A DNA stretch of 64,000 bases. Origin: Paraphysomonas bandaiensis. Taxonomy: Eukaryota; Protista; Chrysophyceae. The first letter of the stretch is position 1. Each line of letters begins with the position of its first letter. The notes beneath the pieces are model-generated. The model was not told where the DNA came from, ran no database searches, and saw only the letters and a program-made list of their open reading frames with translations. Positions 1 to 12,000 of the stretch are shown here, piece after piece. The translations under genes were made by a program, and so were the position numbers. The DNA lies in NCBI GenBank assembly GCA_965644295.1, contig CBFFRP010000428.1, positions 76,038-140,037 of the forward strand. The letters are read 5' to 3'.

Positions 1-413
1 CATTCTAGCCTATTATAGTATTAAACCTAGTCGTTCTGATATCCATTGATTACACATTGTGACTATGATACGCGCACACACCACACAACATATAATCTGG
101 CCCTTATAATGTTGTACAAATATGATTAATAATTATAAAATAACTGTGCACAGCGCACACACATCCAAGTTCTACTATGCTAATAGATAATGCGTTTGCA
201 CCTATGATCAATAGCTGTACAGATAAGTCAGCCAATTGGCTGTACAGTTTATTGCAATATATTGGCAACATTTACCAATAATAATAATGCAATTATGATC
301 ATTTGAAAACAAACTAATTTAAAACATGCTACGTATTGTTGTTTCATTGTAAACTGAGAAAAGTACTATTAACTACTTGGGATCATTATAACATTAATAC
401 AATACACAGTACA

Positions 414-1346
414 CTAAGTATCCTTTTCTCCTGTACATTTGCATGCCTCAATCTTATTTCTAACATCTACCAATCGCTTCCACAACACAGCTACTATATC
501 ATCATCCATATATGGCTGTACGTCTTCATATGCAATGTCCAGCCGGTCCCTATTGAATGCAACCTGCGAATCTGATATGAGTGTCGAATCTTTCCCGTCT
601 CCTGTAGACTCATGACTGCTTCGTTCATTTACAACGGGGGAATTCGATTTCCCCTGAAGCAGAGGAGTCAAACGTGGCCGGGACAGCGCAGCTGATACAA
701 ACGGTGATGAGGCTGCAGAAGAGACGGGGGAAATGAACAGAGAAGCTGATGATTTATTACCCCCCCCTTCGTCATCCTCAGCGGTGGCTACACTTTCAAA
801 AGAGACTCCCACACTCGTTGCTTCGTTAACAGCTTGATCTTCAACGGAAGTGACACTGCTGGGTTCGCGCCCTTTAGCTGCATCAACTGACACCCATGGA
901 GCTTCCAGGTCCTCCGCTACCTCTATACGAGACTCATCGTCACATCTGTTTAACAGCGAGTCACAAAGCCGCAAAAGATCATTCGTCCGCCTATCAAGCT
1001 CGTTATCATCCACAACATCATCTCTAGCTATTTCATCTCCATCATCCTTGTAAAGGAGTGTGTCGGATATATCATCAGGTGGCAGACTGCTGCTTCTGCT
1101 TCTATTGCTACTACTGCTCTGTACAGAGGGGTCCTCATCACTCTCATACTCATCTAAACGCAGCCTCCGCCGATGTCCTGGATCCCTCTCTCTATCTTCA
1201 CCCGCACCCGCATTAGCATCAGCATCCGCGTGCCACCAGAAGGATGCAGGAGGGGGCTGTCGGGCGTGTACGGGGGCCGGGGGCTGCTCACGAAACCTGC
1301 GAATGAAAGCCCCAATAACAGAAGAGGAGACAGAGGGATCATCCAT
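414..1346 (-). CDS. Low-complexity protein, PROSER3-like (single exon)
   Basis: 310-aa ORF. N-terminal 'SVIGAFIRRFREQPPAP...PASFWW' and C-terminal helix 'DDIVAVLWKRLVDVRNKIE' recall the conserved blocks of proline/serine-rich protein 3; the rest is acidic and Ser-rich. Confidence 0.5.
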   Translation of the reverse strand: MDDPSVSSSVIGAFIRRFREQPPAPVHARQPPPASFWWHADADANAGAGEDRERDPGHRRRLRLDEYESDEDPSVQSSSSNRSRSSSLPPDDISDTLLYKDDGDEIARDDVVDDNELDRRTNDLLRLCDSLLNRCDDESRIEVAEDLEAPWVSVDAAKGREPSSVTSVEDQAVNEATSVGVSFESVATAEDDEGGGNKSSASLFISPVSSAASSPFVSAALSRPRLTPLLQGKSNSPVVNERSSHESTGDGKDSTLISDSQVAFNRDRLDIAYEDVQPYMDDDIVAVLWKRLVDVRNKIEACKCTGEKDT

Positions 1347-1447
1347 TGCACTACATCAACATCAACAACAGAGATGACCGGGATGCGAACAGATGTGACT
1401 TGAAGTGTATGTTAAGAAGACTGTTACAAATATCATATAACACTATA

Positions 1448-1571
1448 TGCATGCATGCATGTATGTGTGTATGTATGTATGTATGTATGTATGTATGTAT
1501 GTATGTATGTATGTATGTATGTATGTATGTATGTATGTATGTATGTATGTATGTATGTATGTATGTATGTA
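1448..1571. repeat. (TATG)n microsatellite, left part, split by the Tc1 insertion
   Basis: Direct reading: ~30 TATG units ending at the TA target site. Confidence 0.95.
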
Positions 1572-3146
1572 CAGGGTCGGTCAAAAATAAAACAACCACG
1601 GTTTTTTCGCGTTTTTTCAACACATGTCAAAAATCAGAGTAAACTCAAATAATAAAAAATGTAGAGCTTTTCAAGATACGTATTTTGATATATGATGTTG
1701 TATATGTAATTTTTGCTCCTTCGTGAGATAAAGAGGCACCCTGGGTTTTCGCATTGACTCTAAAAACCCCTGTGTCATATTAAAATCTTATTACCACTTA
1801 AATGGAAGCGTTTAGACGCTATTACTTATAGTGAACTATTAAATACATTGTATGCACTACAGTTTGCTTCAGTTAGGATTGGATTTGGTTAATGGTACGT
1901 GTAGAACGGAGAGGCCGAAAGAAGCGAACTCCACGAAGGCATTATCACATGAATAGTGCTGACAAGACACAGCTACTCGCACTTCGACATGCCGGACTTA
2001 CTTTTCGTGATATTGGGAAGCGGATGAAGCTAAATTCCGGCAATTTATGCAGAGTTTACAACAAAATATTCTCGACGAAAAGTTTCGACCGCACTCCTGG
2101 CTCCGGTAGAAAGTGAAAAACAACTGAAAGAGACGATGCATTGAATGTCAGAGAAGTATAGAAGAATCGTACGGTAAGTGGACCACACCTTAAAACTCTT
2201 TTTCCTTAACTTAAGGTATCAGAACGGACGTTAGACGCCGTATTAACAGTTGCTCCTACTTCCAATCGGAATGGGCCACAAGAAAGCCCTTTGTTAGCGA
2301 ACGCAACAGGATTAGGAGATTGGAATGGGCGAGAGCTCACCTCAATTGGACTGTTGAACAGTGGAGAAAAGTTATTTGGTCGGACGAGTCCCCTTTTGTT
2401 GTTCGCTATCGCCGAAAGTAGCGTTGCTGGAGAGCTGTTGGCGATAGATATGATCCGGCCTGTACTACAGCGACAGTGAAGCATGACGATAAAATAATGG
2501 TTTGGGGGTGTTTCTGTGCTCATGGCATAGGAGATTTGTACCGTGTGGAGGGAATTTTAAGGAAGGAACAGTACCTATACATCGTTGAAAACCACTTCTA
2601 TACAGTGCAGAGCGACTATACCCTGATTTCGACTGTATTTTCCAAGAAGATAACGATCCGAAACACACCGCGAGAATTGTACGGCAATGGTATGATGACC
2701 AAGATCTTATCCGTATGGATTGGCCCGCTCAATCTCCTGATTTGAACCTGATAGAGGATCTGTGGGCAATACTAGATCATCGCATGAAAGACCGATCTTC
2801 CAACGACCTAAACGAGCTTTTTCAGCTGCTACTGAAGACATGGAATGAACTCCCAGTTAGCTTATTGTCTGATCTAGTAGATAGCATGCCTAGAAGGTGC
2901 CAAGCTGTGATAGATGCGAAAGGATATGCCATTAAGTATTAAGTGTGGGGTTTTTATAAGAAGCCTAAAAATCAAGGTTTTGACACTTTAATTAAGAAAA
3001 TTTTCACCAATTTTTAAGCTGAATAGCTCATTAGAAAGCCCTAAAAAAACTATACATTTCCTATTATTAGAGTAATATCCAGTTTTTACATTTGCTTAAG
3101 TGAAATTCTCGAAAAACCGTTGTTGTTTTCTTTTTGACCGACCCTG
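1572..3146 (+). mobile_element. Tc1/mariner (DD34E) DNA transposon, 1575 bp, decayed
   Basis: Imperfect TIRs CAGGGTCGGTCAAAAA-T/G-AAAACAAC... at 1572 and its reverse complement ending 3146. TA on both sides. Internal transposase remnants. Confidence 0.95.
1892..2942 (+). pseudogene. Tc1-family transposase pseudogene
   Basis: HTH region ending 'PGSGRK' then TGA at 2114. Fragments in different frames carry WSDES, MVWGCF, FQEDNDPKH and WPAQSPDLNLIE, with 34 residues between the second D and E. Stops and frameshifts present. Confidence 0.9.
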
Positions 3147-3750
3147 TATGTATGTATGTATGTATGTATGTATGTATGTATGTATGTATGTATGTATGTA
3201 TGTATGTATGTATGTATGTATGTATGTATGTATGTATGTATGTATGTATGTATGTATGTATGTATGTATGTATGTATGTATGTATGTGTATGTATGTATG
3301 TATGTATGTATGTATGTATGTATGTATGTATGTATGTATGTATGTATGTATGTATGTATGTATGTATGTATGTATGTATGTATGTATGTATGTATGTATG
3401 TATGTATGTATGTATGTATGTATGTATGTATGTATGTATGTATGTATGTATGTATGTATGTATGTATGTATGTATGTATGTATGTATGTATGTATGTATG
3501 TATGTATGTGTATGTATGTATGTATGCATGTATGTATGTATGTATGTATGTATGTATGTATGTATGTATGTATGTATGTATGTATGTATGTATGTATGTA
3601 TGTATGTATGTATGTATGTATGTATGTATGTATGTATGTATGTATGTATGTATGTATGTATGTATGTATGTATGTATGTATGTATGTATGTATGTATGTA
3701 TGTATGTATGTATGTATGTATGTATGTATGTATGTATGTATGTATGTATG
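3147..3750. repeat. (TATG)n microsatellite, right part (~150 units)
   Basis: Direct reading; a few TGTG/TGCA interruptions. Confidence 0.97.
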
Positions 3751-3843
3751 ATGAGGATTATTCCTATAGATGCATGATAGTGTCACGGGGATTGCAGTGT
3801 ATATATTTAATCTCTGTCGTTTATCGTATCTGTTACCAGTGCA

Positions 3844-6620
3844 ATGTCTGTGGTCAGTAGACTGTCTCGTATATCTTCAGAGGATGTCTCGGATCAGATC
3901 AGCAGCTACAGGTGTCTTATAGAGGAAATAGTGACCTCCCCGTCATCATCTTCCTCTGTATCGGACGGCATCATCGCTGTTATCAGCCATGGTAAGCACT
4001 ATACATGTGATGGTCGATCTTAAGGTGTTGTAGTTCTGGGAGATGTGCAGAGACCTGTGGGTGGATCGGTGAGTTATACACATACCATACCCCTATATAC
4101 ACATACCATACCCCTATATACACATACCATACCCCTATATACACATACCATACCCCTATATACACATACCATACCCCTATATACACATACCATACCCCTA
4201 TATACACATACCATACCCCTATATACACATACCATACCCCTATATACACATACCATACCCCTATATACACATACCATACCCCTATATACACATACCATAC
4301 CCCTATATACACATACCATACCCCTATATACACATACCATACCCCTATATACACATACCATACCCCTATATACACATACCATACCCCTATATACACATAC
4401 CATACCCCTATATACACATACCATACCCCTATATACACATAGGATACCCCTATATACACATACGATACCCCTATATACACATACCATACCCCTATATACA
4501 CATACCATACCCCTATATACACATACGATACCCCTATATACACATACCATACCCCTATATACACATACCATACCCCTATATACACATACCATACCTCTAT
4601 ATACACATACCATACCCCTATATACACATACCATACCCCTATATACACATAGGATACCCCTATATACACATACCATACCCCTATATACACATACCATACA
4701 TCTATATACACATACCATACATCTATATACACATACCATACCCCTATATACACATACCACACCCCTATAAACGCATACCATACCCCTATATACACATACC
4801 ATACATCTATATACACATACCATACCCCTATATACACATACCATACCCCTATATACACATACCACACCCCTATAAACGCATACCATACCCCTATATACAC
4901 ATACCATACATCTATATACACATACCATACCCCTATATACACATATCATACATCTGTATACACATACCATACATCTGTACACATACCATACCTCTATATA
5001 CACATACCATACCCCTATACACGTGCCATATCCCTCCATACACTGTACCCCTCTGTGCACATACTTTATCCAGAACTGTCCTACACACACACCATACCCT
5101 TCTATGCACTTACCTTTTCCCTTAGCCCATATATCATATCCCTCTATACACGTACTATATTCCCATACTGCCATATACACATACCATACCCCTCAATACA
5201 CATTGCACATATAGATATTGTATAGTGCGCATGTCATTTCCCGTTTTTAGTGTATGTGTATATCAATATTGATCTGTGTAGGTTATGTTGTATATTGCTG
5301 AGAATCTACATCGGCTATCTGATGATGCTCTTGTGTCTGTTGGCACTGCCGCTGTTTCCGCGTTAAAGCAAAATGCTAATTCTTATGACGAAGCGGTACA
5401 CCTATTCTTCTCACTGCACATGTATTGATAATCATGGGCAGGATTACGTATTGCGTGAAGCGTTATTTAGTTTTTACATCAAACAGGAAATGGTGAGACG
5501 AAATGTACAAGTATTCCTTTACCATTCTGACTTATGGTTTAGTTCTCAGATGCAGGCCAAGTACTTGCAGGCCTTAACCTTGACAGTAATCAAAAAACCT
5601 ACACGAACGAGGAAAAGGTTGACATCTACATCCGATGTGCAGAGGCCTTTCTTGAGGTGGTACATTTCAATCTATGAGTAGATTTCTTGATACATACGCA
5701 GGATGGTGAGGGTAATGAGGCGGAGATATTTTTGAATAAGGCATCACCAATGATGCACTCAGTTTCAGAGTGGTCGCTGCAGTTACGATTTAGTGTTACC
5801 TTGGCACGTGTTCTTGACTTCAATAGAAAGTTCATTGATGCCGCGCTACGGTACTATGATCTAAGTACCACCCAGAACCGCCAAGTGGTTCAGAGTGACC
5901 TCCTTGAACTCTACGGCAAAGCCATTACATGTGCAGTACTGGGCCGCGCTGGTCCTCAGCGCACCCGTATCCTAGCAGTGCTACATAAAGATGAGCGATA
6001 CGAACAGCTGGATCGGACAGAATCTCTTACTTCTCACGGAGCTATCCTTTCCAAAATGCACAACAACGAAATTGTACGTCCAGAAGAAATGTCAGCCTTC
6101 GAAAAATACCTGATGCCTCATCAGCTAGCGGTAAGCTTAGCGCCTTCAATTCAGCCTTAGCAGCTCTTATATGTATACTTAGACTACAGCCGATGGATTT
6201 ACCCTTCCTGAGAAAGCTGTGATAGAGCACAATGTACTCGCTGCACGCAGAGTGTTCCGCAATATGTATTTCACTGCATTAGCTCAGTTGCTGCGGCTGG
6301 ATGTGAGTATGGCGCAGAAGGTAGCATCCAAAATGATATCAGAGGGACGACTGAAAGCCTGGATGGATGAAACAGGTGACGTTGTATTTCACCCTGGCGT
6401 TAGTGTTCTTATCCTCTCTGTTTATATGCAGAGGGGTTATTGTACTTCGATAACGGTGAGGGGACGGAATTTCAGGAGTGGAATGAAAGCATTCGTGACA
6501 CTTGTGATGAGGTACTGCTCACAGATGCTTATTACTGCAATGTTTCTCATATGACTTTTATAGCTCACCTACTGCGTCGACAAAATACAATCTCAGGGAC
6601 TGGGGGTGGACATAGCATAG
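3844..6620 (+). CDS. COPS4: COP9 signalosome subunit 4 (multi-exon)
   Basis: Spliced by hand: MSVVSRLSRISSEDVSDQISSYR... (exon 3844-3991), exon 4034-4068, then exons from 5282 giving EKVDIYIRCAEAFLE, ARVLDFNRKFIDAALRYYDLS, CAVLGRAGPQRTRILAVLHKDER, AVIEHNVLAA and a PCI-type C-terminus. TAG at 6618-6620. All introns GT-AG. Confidence 0.9.
4076..5020. repeat. 21-bp minisatellite (ATATACACATACCATACCCCT)n, ~45 copies, inside CSN4 intron 2
   Basis: Clear 21-nt periodicity between GT donor 4069 and AG acceptor 5281; degenerates toward ~5200. Confidence 0.95.
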
Positions 6621-6875
6621 ATAGATTGTCGAACATAGTTATGTGGATTCATATGGGAGAGATAATACAGTAAACATCTTGGTCTTTCAGTTTAGATATA
6701 TATCATGTAGTTTTCGGTTTGCTGAAGTATAATTCCCACTACTGATAAAATATTGATTTAAATTGCTTTCTTTATGTAAACGCTGCAGATTGTTTGTATA
6801 CACGTAGTACAAAATACTATGTGTGCACTCAATTAATAAATAATGACAAATAGCACCACCGTTGTTACTTACTTA

Positions 6876-7120
6876 TGTTGGAATACTTATGTTTCTCTAA
6901 GATAGTACTGTAGAATACGTTAAATACAATGTGAAAACAGTAATACGGAATCAGAAAGACACTAGATAGCTATAACTGTGAAACTGAAGTATTGTATCAT
7001 GACGATTCAAGATACGGAAGTTGAGCAGTGGTTGGCATGAACGAAATAAATTATCATATTATCATGTTTGTGACATGTTTTACATTGACAGGGACAGTAC
7101 ACGAATTCTAATATTGAACA
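6876..7120 (+). mobile_element. Possible diverged copia-type LTR remnant
   Basis: TGTTGG...TGAACA ends. Short motifs shared in order with the 33959 LTR (AAACTGAA.TAT, TGACGAT..AAGAT, GTTGG..TGAACG). No TSD found. Confidence 0.3.
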
Positions 7121-7955
7121 TGATAAGCGTTCTTTGCTGCAGGTAATTATCGGAATTGCTCGATATTTTATTGCCAGTATCTTCTTCAATAAAAAATGGT
7201 CGTTTTTCCAAGGAACTTGGAAGATCTGATGATGTATCTGGAGTTCTGTCAACGACCTCGTTGATCAAGTCTTCTTCTGCAGACTCTGACAACTGACTGG
7301 GGGACTCTATGAGTATTACGCTATAACTATAATATGATATAAGCTATAAGCTACACTCCTTCAAGTAGCTTGTAATAATGTATACTTCTTATTGATGTTG
7401 GAATGTGTGTTTAGATGCTCTCCGAGCCAGTAATATTTCCTATGGTGGGGAGCAAGTATCCTGGACAGGCAGAATCTTTCGGCTGAGATTTATCAAACTA
7501 GCTGCGGTTTGGTTTCGTAAAACTAATCATTTCAGTATGTTGTTTTGTGTGTGAGGTCGCTGCATGTTGTTGTCATAGTATCTGTGCATTGTAATTGATA
7601 TAAATATAAGTGACATTGATAACCACCCAGACGGCAACATCTCATGACGATTGGTTCGAAAGGAACTTGAAGAAATATATAGATATTCTGCTCAGAAAAC
7701 GAAGAAGAGATTATTTCTGTTTATGCTACTTGAGCGGTGAAGTCCTGTCTATATGCAACTATGAAATATCGCTTTTTCTGTACTCTAACTTTGATTTGAC
7801 CTGATGATGTATGCTGCGTTGGTTTCACTTTATATTGAAAGTCTTATTATTAGCAAAAGACGCTAAAAACCTGCACCAATTTAGTAGCTAGAGATGAAGG
7901 CTAGACAAACTAGTTATAGACCTCTACCTGTAACTAATCAGTACACACTTTTTTA

Positions 7956-8454
7956 TCCTACTATTTAACGCCACGGAAGCTGCTTGTGCGACTACTTCCA
8001 CACTGAGTTCTTAAGGTGAACATCCCGGATGCTTGACTTCAGCAGGCAGCCCAATACCCCAGTTACCCTTCAGGTGAGTACTGTCCCCGATGCCCTTGAG
8101 GTGGGCCTATTTCCAGATGCCTGTTTATTTGTCAGGGCCCAAATACGTCTACACAAGTGACACTTATTAGTGTCCCTTGTACCACACAAGCTTCGGCTAT
8201 GAGTGGGCAGAAGAATCAGGGCCTGGTAACCATTAATGGCTCATTAATGGTAGTCCAGTTCCCGGCAACTATAATGGCATTAATTAAAAATGTCCCAGTA
8301 ATTATAATGGCATTACCATTAATGGTTACCAGGCCCTGAGAAGAATATCTGCTGACTATGTTTGCGGCTCACGTTAGTTTCCCAGAGAGAATCTATCTGG
8401 TACGTATCCCCCAGAACACCACGAAAAGGTGCGAGTCTGACTTTGTTGAGGGTC
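7956..8454 (-). mobile_element. Dispersed non-coding element family, copy A (HDV-like ribozyme layout at 8366-8438)
   Basis: Collinear similarity to 23440-23833 and 47998-48268; interrupted by the MITE at 8217-8338. Confidence 0.75.
8217..8338. mobile_element. 122-bp hAT-type MITE
   Basis: Perfect 23-bp TIR CAGGGCCTGGTAACCATTAATGG. 8-bp TSD AGAAGAAT at 8209-8216 and 8339-8346. Empty site visible in the sister copy near 23726. Confidence 0.92.
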
Positions 8455-8640
8455 GTTTCACTTTACCTGCTGTGTGACTTCATCGTCCTGTAATGCGAGT
8501 ACAGTTTACAGTTTACGACTAGGTTTATAACTAAAAATGACTAGGTTGAATTATTTATTACTTTGACTGTAGGTTATTCCACCAAAAATAATGCGACTAG
8601 GTAATTCAACCAATTTGACTTGCTTGAAAAATATTTCCCA
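8455..8640 (-). mobile_element. Truncated half of the GACTAG-repeat MITE (full copy at 47464-47839)
   Basis: Reverse-complement match to 47464-47661 (e.g. GTTTCACTTTACCTGCTGTGTGACTTCATCGT; repeated TGACTAGGT). Confidence 0.8.
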
Positions 8641-9020
8641 ATATTATTTTATCTGGCCCTGAATGTTGCCACTTTCACATTTCTATAAAATTACAATAAA
8701 GTAGCTGTCAAGTGTTTATAACGAATAGTTTATAGAATATGTGTTGGTCTGTGCTTGTATAAATATCTAGGAACAGGGAAGTATGACAAAAAAAGCTAAC
8801 TTAACGCGGTAATCTCAATAGTATCATGACATCACCAATTCCAATCACGGCGGATACCACACATACGTTCGTATATTGGATACAAATTTTCATTGAGGAT
8901 TAAACATCGTCCAATGACACTCATCTCGACTACGCTAAAACAATGACCCCACTACACAGGCCACAATACAATATGCTCGCACGATTGACTACATAGCGCC
9001 TCCGTATATATGTCTATGAC

Positions 9021-12000
9021 CTAACCAAAAACGGGAAGGTTAATTTTAGTTCTTTTCTCTACACTCTTCCCCTGTGCCTTCGATACAATACGGGTGATTT
9101 CTTCTGTGTTTGAATTTCTTGGCATCTCATTGCACAGGTCCAAAGCCGTTTTCCCAGACTTATCTTTGATATCGAGAGCAGCTCCGCAATATTTAACTAG
9201 ATACCTCACAATCAGGACTCGTTCGGATGCAATGGCGCAATGAAGACTCGTTTTCCCTTCATTGTTCACTCTGTTAACATCAGACCCAACACCTTCAACG
9301 AGCAACTGAGCAATTGCCAAGTGACCACTGACGCAGGCAACATGCAAGAGGGAATCCCCAGTATCTCCATCACTAATTTTATTGACATCGACCTTTATAT
9401 TTGGAGTGATGCCAAGAAAGTTTTCCAGCTCTGCTACTTTAGAATCAAGTTTAACCCAGTCAAAGAGTACAGATTCATCTTGCTTGGCAGCAGCAATTGT
9501 AGTAGCAGGAACTGGATTACTATCAGCTGATTCTTCGTCAGAACTCTGGGAATCGTTTTCTACTGCTGCTCTGATGACCTCTCGAGCATCGTTTTCTCCT
9601 TTGTACTTCGGTACGTCGTCCTCGCTGGGCTTAATCCAGTTATCCTTGTCGATACTCAGCCGTTTCACCGGGGGCTTCTCTGTTGGCTGACCAACACCCG
9701 ACTTGACCGGTTCAGAAGCCGCCCCCGCACTATGAGACTGAAATCCGTGGCAATCCCAGCGCTTCCCGGGGACGTCAACTTGTTCCTTCGCCTTCATTTT
9801 ACTAAGAGAGCGCTCCCTAGAAGCCGCGAGTTTAGCTTCGTCTGCTGGCTTAGGAGGTAAAAATGTTGGGTTGGTAGGTGGAACGTATGGCTTGTTCTTA
9901 AACCTCGACGGAGAACTAGAGCACTTAGGGGCAGGTTCTGGAGTTGCCTGAGACGCTTCCTCATTCACTGAGCGACCGCTTTTTCGCAAGGAAACACCAG
10001 CCCATGGCGCAACCGAAGGGGATTCTGATTGATCATTCCGACTAGATGACGGTCCTTGAATGTGCACACTACTGCCCGTCACCAGAAACGAGACCACCGC
10101 GTCATCCACTACTTTGTCAGGGGTAAGACCATTTGTGTCACGGGCAGAAGTATTCACGCGTTCCTCCTGAACTAGGTGCTTGATAACAGCGTATTGGTGA
10201 TTCGCACACGCCCAGTGCAAACACGTGTAGCCGTTGGTACCACTGTGAGTCGTCAAGTCAGGACGCAAACCGTCCGCTAAGGACAGAATTTCTTTCACCA
10301 GAGAAAGGTGCCCACCATCACATGCAATGTCCAAAGAGGTTCTACCCCTACTGTCAGTAAGAGAGAGATCAGCGCCAGGGGCTCTGGTCAATGCTTTCAC
10401 AACTTCCACGTGATTTTCCATGCAAGCCACATGCAAGGCCGATAGACCTGAAAACAATATCACATACATAACACATTTAATACACACAGTCGTACCACAA
10501 CTTTCTGTCTTCCACAGCGCTTCATGCGGCATAACTTCCACAAGATAAGTTACCAACTCGATATGATTATTCTGCGCTGCAAGGTGCAGACAGGTGCGCC
10601 CATCTCTGGTGGTCACGGATGCATCCGCGTGCTTATTATCCAAGATAAACTTCACTATATGGATCATGCCTTTTTGACAGGCTATATGAACAGGAAGGAG
10701 TCCAGAGTTATTTGTAACCGAAAGTTGGGTAGCCGGGTAGAGCTCATATAGTAAAAACACCAGAGAAAGATTCCCAGTCTCGCAGGCGCCATGCATGAGA
10801 GTATTACCAGCTTTGTCAGTCCCAGTATCTGCCTTTATCCCCTGTTGTTCCATACGTCGGACAACCTCCTGGGTTGGTTGCATTTTCGCCCACTCAATAA
10901 ATGCACCATCTGCTGGGAGTGTACCTTCTCTCTTAGATGGAGGAATGTTGAGAGGCTGCCCCGACATATAATAAGGTTCACTGTGAGGAATCTGGTAATG
11001 ACTGGAAGTTTCCTCCAGCTGGGCATGAACAACGGGATTAGACGAAGGGGGTTTCCATCTCTGCTCCGTCGCTTGGGGGTCATACGGGGCACGTTCTGTG
11101 GGTTCTGCGTAACCGTGATCGTTAGCTGACGGAGGTTTCCATCTCTGCTCCGTCGCTTGGGGGTCATACGGGGCACGCTCTGTGGGTTCTGCGTAACTGT
11201 GATCGCTAGCTGACGGAGGTTTCCATCTCTGCTCCGTCGCTTGGGGGTCATACGGGGCACGCTCTGTGGGTTCTGCGTAAACGTGATCGTTAGCTGACGG
11301 AGGTTTCCATCTTTGCTCTGCTGCTTGGGGATCATAGGGAGCATGTTCTGCGGGCTCTGCATAACCGTGACCGTTGGTACGCATGGAATAATCGGCGCCA
11401 TCGGCAGCGGCGGCAGCTGCAAGAGCCGTGCTCGAGAGGCCGTGATGTTGTGGTGAGTCTGCCTGGCTCTTGTGATGGGTAGATCCAACAGACCCCGCGT
11501 CTGAACGACCTGAAGTTACTGGGGCGTCATAATCCGTAAACTCCTGGAATGCCTGCACAGCAGCAGGGGGAGTCCACTTGTATCCTGGCTGCCCAGGGAA
11601 GGGACCGGAAGACCGAGGCTTCACAGGTTGTTGTTGTTGACGATACTGCTGATCAGGAGGAGCCCAGGAGCGAGAGGGAACTACAAACCCAGCAGTTTCA
11701 CGTGGCTCTGGGTTGTAGCTATCTCTCTCATAGTGTTGATCATCACTTAAATGCTGTTGGCCGCATTCTGTCTCGTCGTAGTGGGGTCTCGGGTTCGTGT
11801 CGTAAGTCGTGACACCATCATTATGTTGGTAGTCATACTGTTGGGTTGCTTCGTAGTTATATTCAGGTGAGCGGTGGTACTCATTCTTATCACTCTGATA
11901 CGGGTAATCATCGGAGGTATTGTGAGTGTGTTCGGATTGGTCGTATTGATCATGTGAGTGACGGTATCCGGAATCACTCTGGTGCTCTGCCGGGTAACCA

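Noticed and set aside
3067-3860. Long ORFs reading MYVC.../HTYI... (also at 1346-1652, 53481-53976 and 58838-59450)
   Set aside because: Artefacts of stop-free (TATG)n repeats. The 53625 ORF is real only from ATG 53961.
3983-5180. ORFs of 241-368 aa with 7-aa periodicity; also a CRISPR-like or telomeric look
   Set aside because: Translations of the intronic 21-bp minisatellite. There are no unique spacers, the position is internal, and it is not a TTAGGG-type unit.
8010-8454. Group II intron domain V, hammerhead, twister or Fanzor omega-RNA readings of the structured repeat
   Set aside because: No CUGANGA/GAAA core, no complete domain V hairpin, no twister consensus and no TnpB/Fanzor ORF in the window.
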